From an uncultured Clostridia bacterium (GTDB lineage Bacteria; Bacillota; Clostridia; TANB77; CAG-508): 64,000 nt of DNA. Under the pieces are notes generated by a model. The model was not told where the DNA came from and did not search any database. It saw only the letters and a list, made by a program, of their open reading frames with translations. How positions within the stretch are numbered: position 1 is the first letter of the stretch; each line of letters starts with the position of its first letter. The translations under genes and the position numbers were made by a program. This document shows positions 9,694-20,260 of the stretch, piece by piece. The stretch spans positions 64,773-128,772 of the forward strand of contig CANQGP010000002.1 of NCBI GenBank assembly GCA_947623285.1, in the 5' to 3' direction.

Positions 9694-9773
9694 AAACTAT
9701 TTTTATTTAATTTATTTGTTTTAGTTTAGGTTTTATTGTTGCCATTTTTTGTTTTTAGTTTAGGTTTTTTGCT

Positions 9774-11471
9774 TTATGCTTGTACTTTTTTTAGTTCTTC
9801 ATATCTTTTAATTTTGTGTGTTGTTGTTTTTGCTAGTTCTTCAGTTGATAGTGTTATTTTCTTTATTTTTTTGTATATTGGTAGTTTTTGATTCATTTCT
9901 TTTATTTCTTGCCATAGTTCTTCTTTATATTCTTCTTCTGTTTTTCCTTCTAGTTTTTCTGGATCATATATTATTTTTGCACATAACATTGTGTCTCTTT
10001 CGTCTTTTTCTCTTTGATATACTAGGCTTTCTTTTACACATGATAATCCATTTATTAATTCTTCTATTTCTTGAGGATATACATTTTTTCCATTTTTTAA
10101 AACTATTACATCTTTTTTTCTTCCTGTTATGTATAAAAATTCATCTTCGTCTAAGTAGCCGTAATCACCTGTGTGAAACCACCCATCTTTTAATGCTTTT
10201 TTTGTTTCTTCTTCGTTTTCATAGTAACCTAGCATTACACTTGGTCCTTGTACTAATATTTCTCCGATTCCTTCTTCGTTTGGATTTTCTATTTTTACTT
10301 CTAAGTTGTCTAGTACTGGTCCTATTGAGCCTATTCTTTTTTCTTTGTTTGTTTCAACTGATACTACTGGCGATGTTTCTGTTAGCCCATATCCTTGACA
10401 TTGTTCTATTCCAAAGTTTGTGTATCCTATTATAGCTTCTTTTCCCATCGCAGCTGCACCATATATCATTATTCTCATTTTTCCACCTAGTACTTGCATT
10501 ACTTGTTCTTTTGTTAAGTCTTTGATTTTTTTGTATATGTTTTCTAATACTAAAGGGACTGCTACAAATACGCTTATATGATATTCTTGTAGGTTTTGTT
10601 GTATGTAACGCAATCCATCGCTGAATGCTACTGTTACACCGTTATAGAAACCATATAGAAATGTTACTGTTGATTCAAAGGTATGGTGTAATGGTAGAAA
10701 TGATAATAATGTGTCTGTTTCATATAGTTTTATGAATTGTGATATTGCCATTATGTTTGAACAGATATTGTTTTGTGATAACATTACTATTTTTGGCAAT
10801 GATGTTGTTCCTGAGGTAAATAGCATTATTGCCATTTTGTTTGAGTCTATTTTTATTTTTTCATATTCTGTGTTTCCTTGGTTTAGTAATTCTTGTCCTT
10901 GTTTTAGCATTTGGTTGAAGGTTAATATTTGGGTGTTTTCTAAATTTGGAACATTGTTGGCTATTTTTCCTTGATTATCTGTTGCATTTTCGTTTTGGTC
11001 ATCTTCTATATCTTGCATACAGATTAATGTTTGTAAGCTTGTTTCTCCACTATTTTTCATGTTTTTTGCTAGGTTCATGAATTTTTTATCAAATATCATT
11101 ACTTCTGCTTTACTTCTTTTGACTAGATTTTCTATTTCGTTACTTGGCAATGCTACATCTAATGGTGCTATTACCATATTTGATGTTGTTACAGCAAAAT
11201 AACTAATGCACCATTGATAACTGTTTTTTCCTATTATGATTGCTTTTTTTCCTTCTAGTCCTAAGTCTAGTAGTTTTGTTCCTACTGCTTTTACGTTGTC
11301 TACTACATTTTGATATGTTTTTTCTATGTATTCTGGCTCTTTTGCTGTGTAGTCTTTTTTGTATTTGTATGCTACATTGGTTGCAAATTTTTCTTCTGCT
11401 CTTTTTAATAATTCTCTAAAGTTTTTGATTGGTTGTATATCTGTGTATACGGCTCTTGGATTACTTTTCAT
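9774..11471 (-). CDS. AMP-dependent synthetase/ligase (long-chain fatty-acid--CoA ligase, FadD-like)
   Basis: 565 aa. It has AMP-binding motifs TSGTTSLPK and YGLTETS, plus a C-terminal KIKR. It is divergent from the NRPS gene. Confidence 0.85.
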   Translation of the reverse strand: MKSNPRAVYTDIQPIKNFRELLKRAEEKFATNVAYKYKKDYTAKEPEYIEKTYQNVVDNVKAVGTKLLDLGLEGKKAIIIGKNSYQWCISYFAVTTSNMVIAPLDVALPSNEIENLVKRSKAEVMIFDKKFMNLAKNMKNSGETSLQTLICMQDIEDDQNENATDNQGKIANNVPNLENTQILTFNQMLKQGQELLNQGNTEYEKIKIDSNKMAIMLFTSGTTSLPKIVMLSQNNICSNIMAISQFIKLYETDTLLSFLPLHHTFESTVTFLYGFYNGVTVAFSDGLRYIQQNLQEYHISVFVAVPLVLENIYKKIKDLTKEQVMQVLGGKMRIMIYGAAAMGKEAIIGYTNFGIEQCQGYGLTETSPVVSVETNKEKRIGSIGPVLDNLEVKIENPNEEGIGEILVQGPSVMLGYYENEEETKKALKDGWFHTGDYGYLDEDEFLYITGRKKDVIVLKNGKNVYPQEIEELINGLSCVKESLVYQREKDERDTMLCAKIIYDPEKLEGKTEEEYKEELWQEIKEMNQKLPIYKKIKKITLSTEELAKTTTHKIKRYEELKKVQA

Positions 11472-11570
11472 TCTCTACTTCCTTTCTTTTTTTTATTTAT
11501 TCTCTGATTTTTGCTCATTATATCATTTTGATTTGTGGAAGTAAAGCAAAACGAAAAAGAATAAGGAAGG

Positions 11571-11600
11571 GTTGACATAATTTGTAAAATATGGTATTAT
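11571..11600 (+). promoter_or_regulatory. Sigma-A promoter TTGACA-17-TATTAT
   Basis: gttgacataatttgtaaaatatggtattat lies upstream of the 11640 ORF. Confidence 0.55.
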
Positions 11601-11639
11601 TTATAATGTTGAATGTAGTACGGAAAATTTAAATTTTTT

Positions 11640-12101
11640 ATGAAAGAGGGATGTAAAATGAATTATCAAAAAGGAACTTCTTTGTTATTGGCTTCAGCTA
11701 TAGCTGTTTCGTTGGCAACTGTAGGTTCAGAGGTTGTTGATGAATCTCATGAAATAATAGAGAAAGCTGAAGAAGCAAAAATACAGTTTAGCCACTCAGC
11801 TGTTGAGGAACAATTAGAGTTGAGCAATCAAGAATATTATATTGAGAAATTGACTGATGGTTATGATAATAATTTATTTGGATTTTTGAAAAGCAAAAAT
11901 CTTGTAGACAATGAGGGAGTTGTAAATATGACAACTTTGTTAAGGAAAAAGGAAGATAGAATTCCAACTGGTAAAGGTTCTGATGGAAAAGATGTTTACA
12001 AGGTTGAAAAGATTGATTCTCCTGATGAAGATTATAAAGTAATGTATTATGATGAAAATGGAGAATCTTTAGAGATAGGAGAATTTTCTGGAAAAGTATA
12101 A
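11640..12101 (+). CDS. Small secreted hypothetical protein (signal peptide)
   Basis: 153 aa. Its N-terminus MNYQKGTSLLLASAIAVSLATVGS is signal-peptide-like. The start may instead be the ATG at 11658. Confidence 0.45.
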   Translation: MKEGCKMNYQKGTSLLLASAIAVSLATVGSEVVDESHEIIEKAEEAKIQFSHSAVEEQLELSNQEYYIEKLTDGYDNNLFGFLKSKNLVDNEGVVNMTTLLRKKEDRIPTGKGSDGKDVYKVEKIDSPDEDYKVMYYDENGESLEIGEFSGKV

Positions 12102-12363
12102 GACTTAAATGCTAAATAAATAATGATATGAAATTAAAACATGAAATGAGCCTAGTTTGTTAGATGTTGTGCTAAGCACAAGGGTTTTAACAGGGTGGGT
12201 TCTTTTTTTTTGTTTTTGTTATTTTTCTATTTTAAAAAATGGGTTTTGAAATTTTAATTTTTTGTCATTTTTTATCGTTTAGTTATTGCTTTTTTCCTTC
12301 TTTACTTATATAATGAAAAAAACTAAATTTTTAGAGTGAATTTACTTGTTGATATTTTTGATT

Positions 12364-12455
12364 TTCTAAAGAAAAAGTTGCTTTTGGCAATAAGTCTCCC
12401 ACTTTTTGGTAGTGAGAGTTTGTCACTTTTCTAAAGAAAAAATTGCTTTTGGCAA
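12364..12455 (+). promoter_or_regulatory. Two 27-bp direct repeats (12364-12390 and 12429-12455), each with a palindromic core TTGCTTTTGGCAA, flanking a hairpin and the 23-bp motif. Candidate operator/promoter region for the NRPS
   Basis: The repeats (ttctaaagaaaaagttgcttttggcaa and ttctaaagaaaaaattgcttttggcaa) are 25/27 identical. A hairpin tctcccact-ttttggt-agtgagag sits between them. Confidence 0.45.
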
Positions 12456-12496
12456 GTAATTTATACGATTAATAGATAAAAGGATGTTGAGATTTT

Positions 12497-15400
12497 ATGT
12501 TGAAAGAAGGGTTTTACAATCTTACGGATTCCCAGAAGAATATATGGGATACGGAACTATATTTTAGTAATTCTAGTATGAATAATCTTGGAGGTTATGT
12601 GTTCGTCGAAGATAATGTTGAGCTACCTCTACTAGAGCAAGCACTTAACCTTTTTATTCAAAAAAATGATGCAATTCGTTTTCATATTGTTGAAAATGAG
12701 GATTCTACTTATCCATGTCAGTATGTAAATGATTATTCTTTTGTGTCATTTGATGTTGATTATGTCAATAGTTTTGAGGATGTTGAAAAAGAAAGTAAGA
12801 ATTTTATTCGTGTTCCTTTTTCACTTTTTGATAATGATTTATATAGTTTTAAACTTTTTAAGTTGCCTGATGGTCGTGGTGGTTTTTACCTTTCATTGCA
12901 CCATTTAATTTCTGATGCCTGGAATACTAGTTTGCTTATTGGTGGTGTTATGAATTTTTATGCTGCTTTGATTAAGGGTGAGCATATTGATGATTATGAT
13001 GAACCTTCGTATATAGATTATATTAAGTCTCAAGAGAATTATAGGGATAGTTCTCGTTTTAATAGAGATTATGAATTTTGGCAAAATCAATTCAAGGATG
13101 AACCTAGTTTGTCTTTTATTGCTAATTCTGGTGAACAGGATTTAAATACAGAGGCAACTAGACGTGGTTTTAAGCTTTCTCAAGATTTATATAGTAGAAT
13201 TAATGATTTTTGTACAAAGACAAAGTGTTCTATTTATACTTTTTTTATGGCTATTTATTCTCTTTATGTAGCTGATATTAATAATGTTTCTAGTCCAATT
13301 TTGGGTACTCCTGTTTTGAATAGAAGTGGTGTTAAAGAAAAGCATACTGCAGGTATGTTTATTAGTACTGTTCCTTTTAAAGTTTCTATTGACAAGACTT
13401 GTTCTTTTAGTGAGTTTGTAAAACAAGTTGGTATGCAACAACTTTCTATTTTTAAACATCAAAAGTATCCATATAATGAACTTTTACAGTCTATTAAAAA
13501 ATCTCATAATTTGAGTGAGAATTTGTATGATATGGTGTTGTCTTATCAAAATGCTAGGAATGATAATGAGAATTGTGATGTTCCTTATATTACTAAATGG
13601 GTTCATAATGGTCACATTTTGGATTCTTTGGAAGTTCATTTTTTTGATATGGATGATACAGGTAATTTGGATATTTTTTATGATTATCAAATTAATAAGT
13701 TTAATGAAAATGAGATTGATGAATTACATAGTAGAATTTTGCGCATTGTTGAGGATGTTTTAGATAACCCTAATATTAATTTGGGTGATATAAAAATTGT
13801 TGATAAACGTGAAGAGCTTTTGATTTTGAATAGCTTTAATTCTACTAGCTATGGTTATGATAAGAATAAAACTATTTTAGATATTTTTGAAGATAATGTT
13901 AGGAAGCATGAGTTTGATACTGCTTTGGTTTATGAAAATGAGGTTTTTAGCTATTTTGATCTTGATAATTTAACTAATCGTTTGGCTAATTATCTACTTT
14001 CTTTAAAGCTTCCAAAAAATAGTGTTATTGGTGTTGATTTGAGACGTTCTGATGATACTGTTATTTGCATGCTTGCAATTTTAAAGGCTAATTTAGCATA
14101 TATGCTTATTGATCATGAATTACCTGAGGATAGAATTAATTTTATGCTTAAAAATGCTAATTCTCCTTTACTTATTACTGCTACTGATGTGGAGTATGTT
14201 AATTTTGAAAATAAGGTTTTTTTGGAAGATATTAATATTAATGATTATGATTCGGATTTACCTAAGATTAATGAAAAGCCTGATGACCCTATTTCGGTTG
14301 TTTATACTTCTGGTTCTACTGGTCAACCTAAGGGTGTTCTTTTGAAAAGGTTTAGTGTTGTTAATCTTGTTAACGGATATAGATATTCTATGCATGTTGA
14401 TAGCTTGAAAAGTTTTTTGAGTATTTGCTCTGTTTCTTTTGATATGTTTGCTGCTGAGGTATGGATTGCCTTGCTTTGTGGTAAAAAGCTTGTGTTGGCA
14501 AATGAAGAAGAAGCTAAGATTCCAGTTAAACTTTGTAAATTGATTGAGGATAATAAGTGTGAGTTTATGCTTATTACTTCTTCGAAATTGGATTTACTTT
14601 TATCTAATCCTCAAACCGCTTCTTGTTTGAAGTATATTAAAGCTATGCAACTTGGTGGAGAGGTTCTTAATCCTGCTTTTTATGATAAGCTTTTGGATTT
14701 TACTGATAGTGAAATTTATAATGGATATGGCCCAAGTGAGACTACTTCGTGTTGTACATGTAAGCATATTCTTTCTAACAAAGAAATTTCTCTTGGTAAA
14801 CCTCTTCCTAATGTTCAAGTTTATATTTGTAATGATGATTTGAAATTATGTCCTATTGGTGTTACTGGTGAACTTTGTATCGCAGGGGACGGAGTTTCAT
14901 ACGGATATATTAATAATAAAGAAACTACTGATAAGAGTTTTGTTAAAAATCCTTTTGGTGAGGGATTGTTATATAGAAGTGGTGATTTGGCTAAGTGGAA
15001 TGCTCTTGGCGAGATTGAGTATGTAGGCAGAAATGATTTTCAAATTAAGATTAGAGGTCTTCGTGTTGAGCTTGATGAGATTAATAATAAGATTCTTGCT
15101 ATTGACGGAATTTCAAAGAGTGTAACTATTGTGCGTAAGGTTAATGGTATTGATTGTATTTGCTCTTTTGTTGTTAATAATTCTGGTGTTAATGGTGGAT
15201 TAAATACCTCTAAAATTAAAGAGAAACTTGGTGAAGTTTTACCACATTATATGGTGCCTTCACATATCGTATTTATGAGTGAATTACCTTTGTCAGCTAA
15301 TGGCAAAGTGGATAGAAAGAAATTGCCAGATATTATTGTTAGAGAAAGATACATTCCACCTAAAACGAAGTCTCAAAAATATATTGCTCATATTTTTGAA

Positions 15401-18400
15401 AAGTTTTTGGGTATTGAAAGAGTTAGTGTGGATTCAGACTTTTTTGAACTTGGTGGAGATTCTTTGATTGCTATTAAAATTATTACTCAAATTAATTGTG
15501 ATATTAATATTGATTTAAGCATTAAAGAAATTTTTGAGCATACTACAGTTTTATCGCTTAGTAAATATTTGTTGACTTTCCCTAAGGCTGAACGTGCTTT
15601 TATTAATGCGATTAATAAAGATGGTATTTTTAATACTAGCAGACCTAAGGCTCCAAAGCTTAATGCTTACCCTGCTACTTCGGCACAAAAAAGAATTTTT
15701 TACTCTGTTCAAACTGATAATAAAACTTTAGCTTACAATACTCCAGGAGGATTTCTTTTAGATGGTGTTCCTTCTGTATATAGATTAGAGAATGCTTTTA
15801 CGAAGTTAATTAGAAGGCATGAGGCTTTGCGTACATATTTTATTGCTGAAGATAATGAAGTTAAGCAAAAAGTTGTTAGACCTTATTCTTTCAAACTTGA
15901 AGTTGTTGAGGCTAATTTTACTAATTTAGATAATTTGGTTATGGATTTTTCTAGACCTTTTGATTTAGGAAAAGCTCCTCTATTTAAAGCAATGCTTGTA
16001 GTTTTTGAAAATAATAAAAGTGCTTTGCTTTTAGATTTTCATCATATTATTTGTGATGGTGATTCGATTTCTACTTTTATTAATGAGCTTTGTGATTTAT
16101 ATAATGGAGTTCCTATTACTAAAAAGGAGTTTGATTATACTGATTTTACTTTTTGGGAACAAAATTATTTTGATAGTAAAGATTTTGAAAAGGATAAAAA
16201 ATATTGGTTAGAGATGTTTAAAGGTGAATTGCCTGTACTTACTATGCCTACTAGTTTTTCTAGACCTTCAACTTTCACATATGCAGGTGCTAAGATTGGT
16301 TACGAGTTACCAGAGTTTGATAAGGTTTCGGAGTTGTGCAGAGATTTAAATACTACTCCTTATATGCTTTTACTTACTGCTTTTTATATTTTACTTTATA
16401 AATATACTAATCAAACTGACATTATTGTTGGTACACCAACTGCTGGTAGAAATATACCTGAAACAGCAGGTATTTTAGGTATGTTTGTTAATACTCTTGC
16501 TTTACGTTGTACTTTTGAAGATGGTATTTCATTTAAAGAGTTATTGACTAATGTTACTCAAAACTGCTTAGAATCTTTTGAACATGGAAATTATCCTTTT
16601 GATGCAATTGCTCAAGATTTACAAATTACTAGGGATCCTAGCAGAAATCCTATTTTTGATACTATGTTTGTATATCAAAATGAAGATATGCCAGATATTA
16701 ATTTAAAAAAGCTTGATGCAAAATATTATGTGCCTGATAATAAGACTTCTAAGTTTGATTTTCTACTTGAGGTTACACCTAAAGATGATTATTTTAAATT
16801 GAATTTGGAATATAGAACTGATTTGTTTAAAAAGGATTTTATGGAGCACTTTTTGAAACATTATGAAGAAATTGTTAAACAAATTGTTGATAATATTGAT
16901 ATTAAGATTAAAGATTTTAATATGCTTGATAATGCTGAAATGACTTATCTTTTAAATATTCATGGAAAAAATTATTTACGCTACCCTAGAACAAAGTCTA
17001 TTATTGAACTTTTTGAAGAGCAAGTTGCTAAAACTCCTAGAAATACTGCTGTTATTTATAAAGGAAAAAAATATAGTTATAAGAATTTAAATGATAAGGT
17101 TAATTCTTTTGCTAAATATTTATATGTTAATGGTGTTAAGAAAGGCGATATTGTTGGTACTTTTCTTGACCGCTCATATAATTTAATTGTTGCAATGCTT
17201 GCAATTATAAAGTGCGGGGCAGTTTATTTGCCTATTTCTAAGCACTTCCCTGATGAGAGGATTGCATATATTACTAAAAATAGTAAACTTTCAATTTTAA
17301 TTGTAGATAGTGAAACTGTTATTGATAGCGAGGATGTTAAGTCTATAAATATAGATTCTGCACTTAATAATTTTGAAAGTGATTTAGATAAAAAAGAATT
17401 TAAAGTTTCTTATGACCCTGATGATGCAATTTATAGTATTTATACTTCTGGCTCTACTGGTAAGCCTAAAGGAGTTCTTGTTACTAATAAAAATTTAAAT
17501 AATTTTATACATTCTTTTAACAAATATTATAATAATAGTGTTGGACCTCATGATACTTTAATTTCTACAACTAGCATTTGTTTTGATGTTTGCATTTGGG
17601 AGTTTTTCTTTAGCTTACTAAATGGTTGTAGTTTGTATTTATATGAGTCTGATACAATTGAGGATATTTTTGATTTTTGTAGTACTTTGGTGCGTGAAAA
17701 AATTACTATAGCATATTTACCACCTAATATTTTGAATGAAGTTTGTACAATTTTGGGTGAAAATAAAAAGTTTTATTTGGAAAAAATTTTGCTTGGGGTT
17801 GAACCGATACGTTCTTCTATTGTTAAAAAGTTTTATGATTTGAACCCTACTATAAAGATTGTAAATGGGTATGGTCCAACTGAGACTACTATTTGTTGTA
17901 CAGCTTGTGTTGTTAATAGAAATATTCTTTCTAAATATAACACTTTACCTATTGGCAAACCTTTTTATAATTTGCATGCATATGTATTAGATAAAAATTT
18001 ACACCCTGTGCCTGTTGGTGTTCCTGGAGAATTATATATTTCAGGTGATAATGTTTCTAATGGATATTTGAATAATACTAGAATGACTAATGAGAAGTTT
18101 ATTGAATGTCCTTTTGAAACAAATTCTAGTGATGGAGTTTCTGATAGTAAAGTTCCAAAAATGTATGCTACGGGTGATGTTGTAAAGATTATGCCTGATA
18201 AGAATTTATGCTTTATTGGCAGAAATGATAATCAAATTAAGATTAAAGGGCATCGTATTGAAATTAATGAAATTATAAATGCTATTTCATGCTACCCTTC
18301 TATTACAAAATGCTTTATTTCAGTGAAGAGACAAAAGATTGCTGCATTTTTTACAGCTTATACTAAAATTGTTGTTAATGATTTAAGAAACTTTTTGACT

Positions 18401-20110
18401 ATGAAGATTCCTTTTTATGCTGTTCCTAACTTTTTTGTACAATTAGAAAGTTTTCCTTTAACTATCAATGGAAAGATTGACAAAAAAGAGTTGGATAAGA
18501 TAAAATTAAGGAGTAATGATACATACGAAGAACCAAGAAATGATTTTGAAAAAAGTTTATCTGATTTATGGAAAAAGTTTTTGAACGTTGAAAAGGTTGG
18601 AATTAATGATAATTTCTTTAATTTGGGAGGAGATTCTTTAATTGCTATTCGCATGCAGGTTGAGGCTTTTAAAATTGGTTTGGATATTTCGTATTCAGAT
18701 ATTTTTGCCTTTCCTACTATTAAGCAATTGTCTGAAAAGAGTAATTTGAAAAAGTTTTCAGAGAGTTTCGAATTTGTGGAAGAATCTGATAATAATAGCT
18801 TTTATATTAATAATGATGATAATAAGGCTGAAGAATCTACTTATAAAGTAGGTAGTGAAATTAAAGATTATGATTATTCTAGAATTGATGATGTGTTGGA
18901 AAAGAGTGTTTCTAAAATTCCTAAGAAATTTAGAAAAGTTAATTTAAAAAATGTTTTGTTGACAGGAGCTACTGGTTTTATTGGTGTTCATGTTTTAGAT
19001 AAATTGCTTTCTGACACAGATGCTACTGTTTATTGCTTAATTCGTGGCAAGAAAAGTGCAGATAGTAGAAATAAAAAGACTTCTAAAAATGAAAAACCTA
19101 TAGATAGACTTAAAAAGATTTTACATTTTTATTTTGATAATAAATATGACAAGTTTATTGGAAATCGTGTTAAAATCATTGAAGGAGATATTTCTTATAA
19201 GCATTTGGGCTTAAAAGATGAAGTTTATCAATTGCTTGGCAAAAAAGTTTCTGTTGTTATTAACAGTGCTGCTATTGTTAAGCATTATGGATTGTCTGAT
19301 GAGTTTGATAGAACTAATGTAGATGGTGTTCAAAATGTTGTTAATTTCTGTAACAATTTTAATTGCCATTTATATCACTTATCTACTTTGAGTGTTTCAG
19401 GTAATGCATTTTTGGAGGCTTCTGGTTCAGAGGTTAATGCTTTTAAAAATGAAACTCCATTTTATGAGTCTGATTTATATATTGGACAAGAGATTTCTAA
19501 CCTTTATGTTTATACTAAATTTATTGGTGAGAGATTGATTTTGAATAGTGTCGCTCGTGATGGGCTAAGAGCTACAATTATGCGCCTAGGAAATATCACT
19601 AGCCGTGCTTCTGATGGTAAATTTCAAATTAACATTTCAGAAAATGCATATTTGAATAGACTTTTATCTTTTATTAGACTTGGGGCTATTCCTGAGTATA
19701 TGCTTGAAGGTTATGGAGAGTTTACTCCTGTTGATTATGTAGCTGATGCTATTTGTAAAATGGTTACAGTTAAACATCCTTTTAATGTTTTGCATATTTT
19801 TAATCATAAACATATTGAGATGGAGGATTTAATTTCTGTTTTCAATGAGTATGGATTAGATATGAAAATTTTGCCTGAGGAAGATTTTTTGAAGATTGTT
19901 GATAAGTTTTTGAAAGAGGATAGTGATGTTCTTTCTGGTATTATTAATGATTTTGATAAAAATAAAAAACTTGTTTATGAGTCTAATGTTATGTTGCAAA
20001 ATGAGTTTTCAAATGAGGTTTTGGCTAAGCGCTCGTTTGAGTGGTTCCAAATTGGTAAGGAGTATTTATTTACTTATTTAGATTATTTGAAGGACTTAGG
20101 ACTAATTTAG
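12497..20110 (+). CDS. Two-module nonribosomal peptide synthetase, C-A-T-C-A-T-R, with a terminal thioester reductase; predicted to release a (possibly N-acylated) dipeptide aldehyde
   Basis: 2537 aa. C1 has the N-terminal LTDSQKNIWDTE and HHLISDA. A1 has the A3 motif VYTSGSTGQPKGV (about 14298) and YGPSETT. T1 has LGGDSLIAIK (about 15446). C2 has HHIICDGDS. A2 has IYTSGSTGKPKGV (about 17441) and YGPTETT. T2 has LGGDSLIAIRM (about 18623). The R domain has the Rossmann motif LLTGATGFIGVHVL (about 18958), an SDR-type NAD(P)H-binding site. Confidence 0.95.
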   Translation: MLKEGFYNLTDSQKNIWDTELYFSNSSMNNLGGYVFVEDNVELPLLEQALNLFIQKNDAIRFHIVENEDSTYPCQYVNDYSFVSFDVDYVNSFEDVEKESKNFIRVPFSLFDNDLYSFKLFKLPDGRGGFYLSLHHLISDAWNTSLLIGGVMNFYAALIKGEHIDDYDEPSYIDYIKSQENYRDSSRFNRDYEFWQNQFKDEPSLSFIANSGEQDLNTEATRRGFKLSQDLYSRINDFCTKTKCSIYTFFMAIYSLYVADINNVSSPILGTPVLNRSGVKEKHTAGMFISTVPFKVSIDKTCSFSEFVKQVGMQQLSIFKHQKYPYNELLQSIKKSHNLSENLYDMVLSYQNARNDNENCDVPYITKWVHNGHILDSLEVHFFDMDDTGNLDIFYDYQINKFNENEIDELHSRILRIVEDVLDNPNINLGDIKIVDKREELLILNSFNSTSYGYDKNKTILDIFEDNVRKHEFDTALVYENEVFSYFDLDNLTNRLANYLLSLKLPKNSVIGVDLRRSDDTVICMLAILKANLAYMLIDHELPEDRINFMLKNANSPLLITATDVEYVNFENKVFLEDININDYDSDLPKINEKPDDPISVVYTSGSTGQPKGVLLKRFSVVNLVNGYRYSMHVDSLKSFLSICSVSFDMFAAEVWIALLCGKKLVLANEEEAKIPVKLCKLIEDNKCEFMLITSSKLDLLLSNPQTASCLKYIKAMQLGGEVLNPAFYDKLLDFTDSEIYNGYGPSETTSCCTCKHILSNKEISLGKPLPNVQVYICNDDLKLCPIGVTGELCIAGDGVSYGYINNKETTDKSFVKNPFGEGLLYRSGDLAKWNALGEIEYVGRNDFQIKIRGLRVELDEINNKILAIDGISKSVTIVRKVNGIDCICSFVVNNSGVNGGLNTSKIKEKLGEVLPHYMVPSHIVFMSELPLSANGKVDRKKLPDIIVRERYIPPKTKSQKYIAHIFEKFLGIERVSVDSDFFELGGDSLIAIKIITQINCDINIDLSIKEIFEHTTVLSLSKYLLTFPKAERAFINAINKDGIFNTSRPKAPKLNAYPATSAQKRIFYSVQTDNKTLAYNTPGGFLLDGVPSVYRLENAFTKLIRRHEALRTYFIAEDNEVKQKVVRPYSFKLEVVEANFTNLDNLVMDFSRPFDLGKAPLFKAMLVVFENNKSALLLDFHHIICDGDSISTFINELCDLYNGVPITKKEFDYTDFTFWEQNYFDSKDFEKDKKYWLEMFKGELPVLTMPTSFSRPSTFTYAGAKIGYELPEFDKVSELCRDLNTTPYMLLLTAFYILLYKYTNQTDIIVGTPTAGRNIPETAGILGMFVNTLALRCTFEDGISFKELLTNVTQNCLESFEHGNYPFDAIAQDLQITRDPSRNPIFDTMFVYQNEDMPDINLKKLDAKYYVPDNKTSKFDFLLEVTPKDDYFKLNLEYRTDLFKKDFMEHFLKHYEEIVKQIVDNIDIKIKDFNMLDNAEMTYLLNIHGKNYLRYPRTKSIIELFEEQVAKTPRNTAVIYKGKKYSYKNLNDKVNSFAKYLYVNGVKKGDIVGTFLDRSYNLIVAMLAIIKCGAVYLPISKHFPDERIAYITKNSKLSILIVDSETVIDSEDVKSINIDSALNNFESDLDKKEFKVSYDPDDAIYSIYTSGSTGKPKGVLVTNKNLNNFIHSFNKYYNNSVGPHDTLISTTSICFDVCIWEFFFSLLNGCSLYLYESDTIEDIFDFCSTLVREKITIAYLPPNILNEVCTILGENKKFYLEKILLGVEPIRSSIVKKFYDLNPTIKIVNGYGPTETTICCTACVVNRNILSKYNTLPIGKPFYNLHAYVLDKNLHPVPVGVPGELYISGDNVSNGYLNNTRMTNEKFIECPFETNSSDGVSDSKVPKMYATGDVVKIMPDKNLCFIGRNDNQIKIKGHRIEINEIINAISCYPSITKCFISVKRQKIAAFFTAYTKIVVNDLRNFLTMKIPFYAVPNFFVQLESFPLTINGKIDKKELDKIKLRSNDTYEEPRNDFEKSLSDLWKKFLNVEKVGINDNFFNLGGDSLIAIRMQVEAFKIGLDISYSDIFAFPTIKQLSEKSNLKKFSESFEFVEESDNNSFYINNDDNKAEESTYKVGSEIKDYDYSRIDDVLEKSVSKIPKKFRKVNLKNVLLTGATGFIGVHVLDKLLSDTDATVYCLIRGKKSADSRNKKTSKNEKPIDRLKKILHFYFDNKYDKFIGNRVKIIEGDISYKHLGLKDEVYQLLGKKVSVVINSAAIVKHYGLSDEFDRTNVDGVQNVVNFCNNFNCHLYHLSTLSVSGNAFLEASGSEVNAFKNETPFYESDLYIGQEISNLYVYTKFIGERLILNSVARDGLRATIMRLGNITSRASDGKFQINISENAYLNRLLSFIRLGAIPEYMLEGYGEFTPVDYVADAICKMVTVKHPFNVLHIFNHKHIEMEDLISVFNEYGLDMKILPEEDFLKIVDKFLKEDSDVLSGIINDFDKNKKLVYESNVMLQNEFSNEVLAKRSFEWFQIGKEYLFTYLDYLKDLGLI

Positions 20111-20200
20111 GTAATTGGAGTTTTTTTAAGAATCAAGATTGTTTTATTTGATAAATTTGAAATTTTGAAATATTATGAGAATTTTATTTGATGGATAATT

Positions 20201-20240
20201 GGCTCCGCCTAAGTGGCGGGGTGAGAATATATTTTTTTAA
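20201..20240 (+). terminator. GC-rich hairpin plus T run after the NRPS gene
   Basis: ggctccgcc-taagt-ggcggggtg followed by atatattttttt. Confidence 0.4.
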
Positions 20241-20260
20241 CAAAAGAGGAGGATTTTATT

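Noticed and set aside
12377-12455. Considered a sigma-54 (-24/-12) promoter because of TTGC...GGCA elements upstream of the NRPS
   Set aside because: The element order is TTGC-N5-GGCAA, the reverse of the GG-N10-GC -24/-12 arrangement. It is better described as a palindromic operator half-site pair.
12905-19000. Many 60-90-aa ORFs on both strands inside the NRPS gene (e.g. 12905-13090, 13187-13462, 14109-14345)
   Set aside because: They are fully embedded in a 7.6-kb ORF with coherent C/A/T/R domain motifs. Their translations are low-complexity I/L/F/K-rich, typical of antisense or off-frame reading of AT-rich coding DNA.
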